Shown here: positions 46,577 to 53,508 of the stretch, piece after piece | Numbering within the stretch: position 1 is the stretch's first letter | Layout: each line of letters begins with the position of its first letter | NCBI GenBank assembly: GCA_002455955.1 | Contig: DKLZ01000047.1 | Coordinates: 1 to 53,508 of the forward strand | DNA length: 53,508 nucleotides | Direction: 5' to 3' | Source of the DNA: Dehalococcoidia bacterium UBA6627 | GTDB taxonomy: Bacteria > Chloroflexota > Dehalococcoidia > UBA2979 | The notes under the pieces: model-generated | Seen by the model: the letters and a program-made list of their open reading frames with translations, nothing else | Databases searched by the model: none | Told to the model about the DNA's origin: nothing | Program-made: the position numbers and the translations under genes

Positions 46577-46652
46577 TGGTACCCTCGGCAGGATTCGAAC
46601 CTGCGACACCTGGCTCCGGAGGCCAGTGCTCTATCCCCTGAGCTACGAGGGC
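46577..46652 (-). tRNA. tRNA-Arg (anticodon CCG)
   Basis: Reverse complement folds at 76 nt. Acceptor GCCCTCG/CGAGGGT (G1-U72), anticodon arm CTGGC-CTCCGGA-GCCAG, T arm GCAGG-TTCGAAT-CCTGC, CCA encoded. Confidence 0.85.
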
Positions 46653-46697
46653 GCGCATTGGAGTGTACGGACCGCTCGATCTACGGTGCAATTCTTC

Positions 46698-47837
46698 CTA
46701 CTCAGACGACAGAGTATTAAAGAATGTCGACACATCTTCGGCAAATAACTCTGGTTGCTCCAGTGCTGCAAAGTGCCCCCCACGTGCAGGTTCGGTCATA
46801 CGTACTAGTCGGTACTGACGTTCCGCGATCGCTCGAGGCGCATTCCAAGGTTCTCCGGGAAATCGGGCATAAGCGGTAGGAATCGTGACTGGCTTCTTCC
46901 CGATTACAGGTCCAATTTGCCGCATCTCGTAATAGATTCTGGACGCTGATAGTACTGAACCTGTCAGCCAATACAACATCACGTTCGTTAACAGCCAATC
47001 ACGATCAATAGTGCTCCAGAGATCTTCACCATGATCAGACCATCCCCAGAATTTCTCCAGTATCCATGCCAACAGTCCTATCGGAGAATCCTGAAGAGCA
47101 TAGGCCAGTGTCTGTGGTCGAGTACTCTGGATTTTGCTATATCCAGTCTCTGTGGCACGGAGTTCTTTCAGACGTGCATGATATGCAACTTCTTCATCAC
47201 TTAAATCACTCCCAGGCACTAATGTTCCACCCGTCATGAAATTTATATGCAGTCCTAGGACTGATTCAGGATGTTCCTGCGCCAATGCAGTTCCTATCAC
47301 CGCACCCCAGTCACCGCCTTGAACACCGTAACGATCGTAACCAAGTTCTTTCATCAGACCATGCAACCGTTCGGCTATCAGCCCCGGATGCATTCCCGGA
47401 GACTTCGGCGCTTCTGAAAACCCAAATCCGGGTAAAGAAGGGATGACAACATCGAACCCAGGTCCACTACCGGTATCTGCAACCAGACGAGGAGACGCGT
47501 CGATAAATTCGAGGAAAGAGCCCGGCCAACCGTGGATCAGTAATAATGGGACTCGTTTAGAGCTTCCTTTCCCGGTATAGAGGACGCTATGCAATTCTTC
47601 TCCATCGATCAGTCCTCGAACGTGTGCTAATTCATTAAGTCGTTCCTGCTGTTCACTCCAGTCATATTCGGTGCGCCAATATCGGGCGAGATCGCGAAGC
47701 GTAGCGTCGTCAGTTCCCGTATCCCAACCTGAACCAATTGATATCTCTGGCCAACGGGTTTGATCGATGCGTCGATGGAGATCAGCAATAGCACGCTGTG
47801 AAAATTCGACGCGGAAGGGCAATAATGACATCACCAT
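46698..47837 (-). CDS. epoxide hydrolase (microsomal-EH-like N-terminal domain + alpha/beta hydrolase)
   Basis: It contains PFRVEFSQRAIADLHRRIDQTRWP (EHN domain), HGWPGSF (oxyanion hole) and GGDWG (nucleophile elbow). Confidence 0.85.
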   Translation of the reverse strand: MVMSLLPFRVEFSQRAIADLHRRIDQTRWPEISIGSGWDTGTDDATLRDLARYWRTEYDWSEQQERLNELAHVRGLIDGEELHSVLYTGKGSSKRVPLLLIHGWPGSFLEFIDASPRLVADTGSGPGFDVVIPSLPGFGFSEAPKSPGMHPGLIAERLHGLMKELGYDRYGVQGGDWGAVIGTALAQEHPESVLGLHINFMTGGTLVPGSDLSDEEVAYHARLKELRATETGYSKIQSTRPQTLAYALQDSPIGLLAWILEKFWGWSDHGEDLWSTIDRDWLLTNVMLYWLTGSVLSASRIYYEMRQIGPVIGKKPVTIPTAYARFPGEPWNAPRAIAERQYRLVRMTEPARGGHFAALEQPELFAEDVSTFFNTLSSE

Positions 47838-48017
47838 TATTATGGCGAGCTTCTTATTGTTCCGCTATCGGCTCTCTCGCTAAATCAATGCCAACCATTA
47901 CTCGTTCGTTACTCTAATTTCATATTCGTCAAGCTTGGTAACTTTCTATCCATCCTGCACATCATCACTAGCGAAGTAACGGTGATGTTGACACACAAAC
48001 CGATAAGAGAGCTCACT

Positions 48018-49313
48018 CTATTCCGTCGGTATTCCAATTGCCTTTTCATTGCGTAACGACTCGATCTCTGCTTCCGTTAGCCCACACTCCTCAAGTACTT
48101 CGTCGGTATGGCGATCAAGAATAGGAGACGGTAGCGGACTGCCAATTCCTGTCCCTGGCATTTCGATAATCGGACCAACAAGTTTTTCGTCTCCTACGAG
48201 TTCGTGTTCGAATGACCGCATGAGGCCCAATGCTTGCACTTGTGGATCGTCCGTGAGTTCTTCAGGGAATTGAACTGGGGAGGCAGGCGCACCAACACGA
48301 TCGAAGTCCGTCATCCATTCAGCCGACGTTCTAGTGGACATTGTTTGTTTGATCTGATCACGGACTTTTTCAACAACCGGGTCATTGTTCGGATCAAGAG
48401 CATTGAAATCTGCGGATTCCGTGGGATCATCTTCGATCTCTAGAACATCACGCATCTGTTTCCGATTAGCAGGAGTGAGCGCTCCTAAGATAATCGCACC
48501 GTCTTTTGTTTGATAACCGCCATAGTAAAGGCGAAAGGCCGCTCCGAGGAGGCTAAAGATATCCCCACGGTGTTCAAGCAGTTCAGAATACTTCGCCCCG
48601 TTCGCGCGACCATCAGCAAGTGCCTGTTCCATAGCATCACGAACTGCAGCATCTGCAACAGGTATTCGAGAAATCACAGGAGATTGGAGCTGAAGCGCTG
48701 AAGCCAGCAGCGACGTTCCTACATATTGACCTTTACCGGTCAGGCTCCGTTGGTACAACGCCGCACAAATACCCATCGCACCCGCGAAGGCTGAAATATA
48801 GTCGGCGGGGGCCGTAGCTGTAATCAGCTCAGGCGCACCATCATCAGTCAGTTTTCCGTCAGCAGCCATCAACCCTGAATATGCCTGCGCAACGATATCA
48901 GATCCTGACCGATCTTTATTCGGTCCAACCGTGCCATAACCCGTATTTTCCATATAAATGAGATCAGGCCTAATGCCGCTCAAAGTTTCATAATCAACGC
49001 CGAGCCGTACGGGAACACCTGGACGTGCATTAATAATAAATACGTCGAAATTCGGAATAATTCGATGAACAACTTCTTGGCCACTGAGATGTTGGAGATC
49101 AATCACTAAACTACGCTTGCCTCGATTGAGCGCATGAAAAAACTTACTTTCACCAGGCAAAAATCCACCAAGTACTCTTCCTGCATCACCTCTAGGCGGT
49201 TCAACCTTAACGACGTTAGCTCCTAAGTCAGCGAGATTTTGGCCGCAAACCGGACCAGCGATAATCTGTGAGACTTCGAATACATTCACTCCATCTAAGG
49301 GGCCTACCATCAC
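48018..49313 (-). CDS. family III CoA-transferase (CaiB/BaiF family)
   Basis: The sequence GVNVFEVSQIIAGPVCGQNLADLGANVVKVEPPRGDAGR is the family signature. This is the third paralogue. Confidence 0.9.
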   Translation of the reverse strand: MMVGPLDGVNVFEVSQIIAGPVCGQNLADLGANVVKVEPPRGDAGRVLGGFLPGESKFFHALNRGKRSLVIDLQHLSGQEVVHRIIPNFDVFIINARPGVPVRLGVDYETLSGIRPDLIYMENTGYGTVGPNKDRSGSDIVAQAYSGLMAADGKLTDDGAPELITATAPADYISAFAGAMGICAALYQRSLTGKGQYVGTSLLASALQLQSPVISRIPVADAAVRDAMEQALADGRANGAKYSELLEHRGDIFSLLGAAFRLYYGGYQTKDGAIILGALTPANRKQMRDVLEIEDDPTESADFNALDPNNDPVVEKVRDQIKQTMSTRTSAEWMTDFDRVGAPASPVQFPEELTDDPQVQALGLMRSFEHELVGDEKLVGPIIEMPGTGIGSPLPSPILDRHTDEVLEECGLTEAEIESLRNEKAIGIPTE

Positions 49314-49565
49314 ATCCTCCTACCGGAACCCACAAGCAATACCGACATCTTGACTGCATTGGTGACAGCGGCACTATACGCCCAAGGGTGCGTGATCGAT
49401 TAGAAATCGCACGAAACAATGGCGTGACAGTCGATAATGTACTTCAGATCAAAAGAAGAGCTCGCGCGCTGCTTTCATCGATCTCTCACCGTTCCTGCCT
49501 CCATAATGCACGAACTCGCTAGTTCTAGTTCGTTATTGGGATGACACAGGCAAGACGCTGCGTAT

Positions 49566-49641
49566 TGGTGCCCCCAGGGGGAATCGAACCCCCGTTTCCA
49601 CCTTGAAAGGGTGATGTCCTCGGCCACTAGACGATGGGGGC
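49566..49641 (-). tRNA. tRNA-Glu (anticodon UUC)
   Basis: Reverse complement folds at 76 nt. Acceptor GCCCCCA/TGGGGGC, anticodon arm TCACC-CTTTCAA-GGTGG, T arm GGGGG-TTCGATT-CCCCC, CCA encoded. Confidence 0.9.
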
Positions 49642-50110
49642 CAGAAGGAACTGTTCAAACGGGTAAGTCTGAACACATCCGAGGATAGCAGTGGTTATGC
49701 TCTATGCCATCGGAGATGAAAGAACTTATCAGCGGTAAAAGTTATTCGTACCCCTGCTGGGGAAGCTAATCACTCTTCGCCTGATATGGGACGTTAATTC
49801 TATTAGCAGTGAGTTACAGATTATCTTTCTGTACCCGTTGTGAACATTCTCGAATAAGCGATAAACCTTCATGGTCGTACCAAGCAGTACCGATTAACAA
49901 ATCGAACATCCATTCAATCAAAAGTCTAGTAACACTAGATAGAATTCACCTCACGTTTGTTACACAAAAGTGAATCCATCTTTAACACACCAGATGCCAG
50001 ATAGAATCCCGTCCATTACGCATTACAAATATGCGAGACTTACCCCTCCCCCGTAGCGTATTCATCGATATAGTCGTTGATCATTCCGTTAAGGATTGGG
50101 GGACCCTGAT

Positions 50111-51598
50111 ATGACAACGCCAGATTCACAAGACCGCCATCAACGCCACATCGTTGAGGAATATCTCAATCCGTCTCAGGGTTACGAGACGGCTGGCTAT
50201 CAACTGTTATTACGGCTCTCAAGTACGCAAGAAGCCGGCATGCTCGGCTTAATTACAACAACTCTGGGTGACGCCGGAGCGGTCATCATGGACATTGACA
50301 TCCGTGAAGCACACGCTGACCGGATGATTCGAGACTTTCGCGTTCTCTGCGAAGGAGAAGAGCAGGCGCACCAAGTAGCGGCGGCTGTCTCTTCTCTTGA
50401 TGGAGTCGAAATCGAACTGGCATCAGACCGAACATTTCAACTTCACCGTCGTGGCAAGATCGCAATCGAGAACAAAGTTCATATCCGAACAAACGCCGAA
50501 CTAGCGCATGTATACACCCCTGGTGTTGGACGTGTCTCAATGGCAATCCACGACAACCCTGATGCAGTGTGGGCACTGACAATCAAACCGAACACGATCG
50601 CGGTGGTAAGCGATGGAACGGCTGTATTAGGACTTGGCGATATTGGACCTGAGGCAGCAATGCCCGTAATGGAGGGCAAGTCTATGCTCTTCAAATCTTT
50701 TGCAGACATCGACGCCTGGCCGATCTGCCTCGACGCCACAGATCCCGATGAAATTGTGAACATTTGTAGAGCAATCGCTCCTGGCTTTGGCGGCATCTTA
50801 CTGGAGGATATTTCAGCACCACGTTGCTTTGAAATCGAAGACCGACTGCAAGACTTAGATATCCCAGTATTCCATGATGACCAGCATGGAACCGCTGTCG
50901 TCGTTATGGCCGCCTTGATGAACAGTTTGAAAATCGTAAACAAACGCCCTGAAGACTTAAAAGTCGTAGTCCTAGGCGTAGGAGCCTCAGGCGTTGCCTG
51001 TTCAAAGATCATGATGAATTACGGGGTTAAGAACTTAATCGGATTCGATCGGAGTGGTGCTGTTTACGAAGGAAGAGAAAATCTTAACGTCGCAAAACAA
51101 TGGTTTGCAGAAAACACCAACCCGGAAGGATTCGACGGCAGTGTGGAAGAATCTCTCGATGGAGCAGACTTATTCCTCGGGCTCTCAGGCCCACGGCTCA
51201 TCGAACCTGAATGGGTCACGAGAATGGCTGATGACGCAATTGTATTTGCGTTGGCAAATCCCGAACCCGAGATTATGCCGGAGCGTATCCCGGCAGGCGC
51301 TGCACGGGTAATTGCAACTGGACGGTCGGATTATCCGAACCAAATCAATAACGTCCTCTGTTTCCCCGGACTATTCCGAGGAGCACTCGATGCGCTTGCT
51401 CGCAATATTACTGAAGAAATGAAGATCGTCGCCGCACAGGCTATTGCGGATGTGATCCCAAGCGATCAATTAAACGAGGACTACATCCTACCCTCCGTCT
51501 TCAACGAGGAAGTTGTCCGACGCGTCGCAGTAGCTGTCCGGGAGGAAGCAATACGCTCTGGTGACACTCGCGACCTGGGACCGCGCGTCTTCGTTTAA
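50111..51598 (+). CDS. NAD(P)-dependent malic enzyme with N-terminal ACT domain
   Basis: An ACT-like region of about 100 aa is followed by HVYTPGVGRV, LGLGDIGP, FHDDQHGTA, GVGASG and ANPEPE, the short bacterial malic enzyme motifs. Start at ATG 50111. Confidence 0.85.
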   Translation: MTTPDSQDRHQRHIVEEYLNPSQGYETAGYQLLLRLSSTQEAGMLGLITTTLGDAGAVIMDIDIREAHADRMIRDFRVLCEGEEQAHQVAAAVSSLDGVEIELASDRTFQLHRRGKIAIENKVHIRTNAELAHVYTPGVGRVSMAIHDNPDAVWALTIKPNTIAVVSDGTAVLGLGDIGPEAAMPVMEGKSMLFKSFADIDAWPICLDATDPDEIVNICRAIAPGFGGILLEDISAPRCFEIEDRLQDLDIPVFHDDQHGTAVVVMAALMNSLKIVNKRPEDLKVVVLGVGASGVACSKIMMNYGVKNLIGFDRSGAVYEGRENLNVAKQWFAENTNPEGFDGSVEESLDGADLFLGLSGPRLIEPEWVTRMADDAIVFALANPEPEIMPERIPAGAARVIATGRSDYPNQINNVLCFPGLFRGALDALARNITEEMKIVAAQAIADVIPSDQLNEDYILPSVFNEEVVRRVAVAVREEAIRSGDTRDLGPRVFV

Positions 51599-51761
51599 CC
51601 TATTGCAGTGTGCATCCACTGATCTAGAAACTCAGGCTGTACCTATAGCTACATAGCCACCAAACTCAACCTCGAGAGCAAAGTGACATGTCCTGTGGAA
51701 ATGATCGCTTCATCGAGTTCAATCGAATAAGTCTAAGGCCACTTTCAGCTACGCTGGGCCG

Positions 51762-52284
51762 ATGCAATCGGAACCGGAAAAACAAGCCGAACCTTCACAC
51801 CTGGATCGTAACACCGGTATGATCAGGCGAATTACACCCCTGTTTTTTGTCGCCGCAATTGTCTTCGGAATCGATCAATCTACAAAGGCTTTGATCAGAT
51901 CATGGCTTGCGGTAGGAGAAGTTTGGCCTGCTGACGCTGAGTTGTTACGCCTGAGCCATGTTCAGAATACTGGTGCAGCATTCGGAATTCTCCAAGGTGC
52001 CGGACCATTCCTCATGATAACGACGGCCATAGCAATCCTGCTGATCGCATTAGTGATCATTCGCTCGGATACTTATGCACGCCCGCAACTCTACGCATTT
52101 GCATTGATACTCGGTGGCGCAGTCGGCAATCTCACTGATCGTATCGTCTATGGATCAGTTACTGACTTCATCGATCCTACTCACTACCCATCATTCAATT
52201 TCGCTGATTCCTCGATCGTGATCGGTGTCTTGGTAATACTCCTCTTGAACCTGTTTTACCGACCAGAAGATAGCGAACATTGCG

Positions 52285-52313
<29 letters not shown>
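51762..52313 (+). CDS. lspA: signal peptidase II (lipoprotein signal peptidase)
   Basis: It contains DQSTK, NTGAAFG, GGAVGNLTDR, VTDFID and FNFADS, which are the LspA conserved boxes. An alternative start is ATG 51819. Confidence 0.9.

Positions 52314-53508
<1,195 letters not shown>

Noticed and set aside
49642-50095. The 450-bp spacer upstream of the malic enzyme gene as a riboswitch or ncRNA locus
   Set aside because: By eye I could not find a conserved-looking motif, an extended hairpin or a terminator. Without a covariance-model scan there is nothing to support a call.

Overview
This 53.5-kb bacterial chromosomal window is about 50% GC, densely coding, and shows no CRISPR array or intact mobile element. 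Gene content resembles a marine Chloroflexota (SAR202-like) or actinobacterial-type genome; that placement is inference only. It includes three family III CoA-transferases, a GctAB-like family I CoA-transferase, two luciferase-like monooxygenases, a nitronate monooxygenase, a nitroreductase, PPOX, DinB and PAC2 proteins, MenB and a DUF1800/DUF1501/NHL trio. The right half carries a pyrimidine operon (pyrR-pyrB-pyrC-carA-orf-carB-HAD-pyrK) with a PyrR-type leader, and pyrD is displaced 3.4 kb downstream. Six complete tRNAs are present (Lys, Gln, Asn, Pro, Arg, Glu), plus a tRNA 3' fragment at the left edge. The most interesting signal is at 14818..15363. Two called ORFs are really one reading frame interrupted by a single in-frame TGA, giving D-U-G-S-C-S-T-C (UxxCxxC), with a SECIS-like hairpin just downstream. 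This selenoprotein candidate is packed between an uncharacterised 345-aa protein and a thioredoxin-reductase-like flavoprotein, suggesting an undescribed Sec-dependent redox module. Other notable points are a carB with no canonical start after an unknown gene inserted between carA and carB, a single-chain BC-BCCP-CT acyl-CoA carboxylase, a 17-bp perfect palindrome, and a 47-bp exact direct repeat marking a nitroreductase gene fragment.
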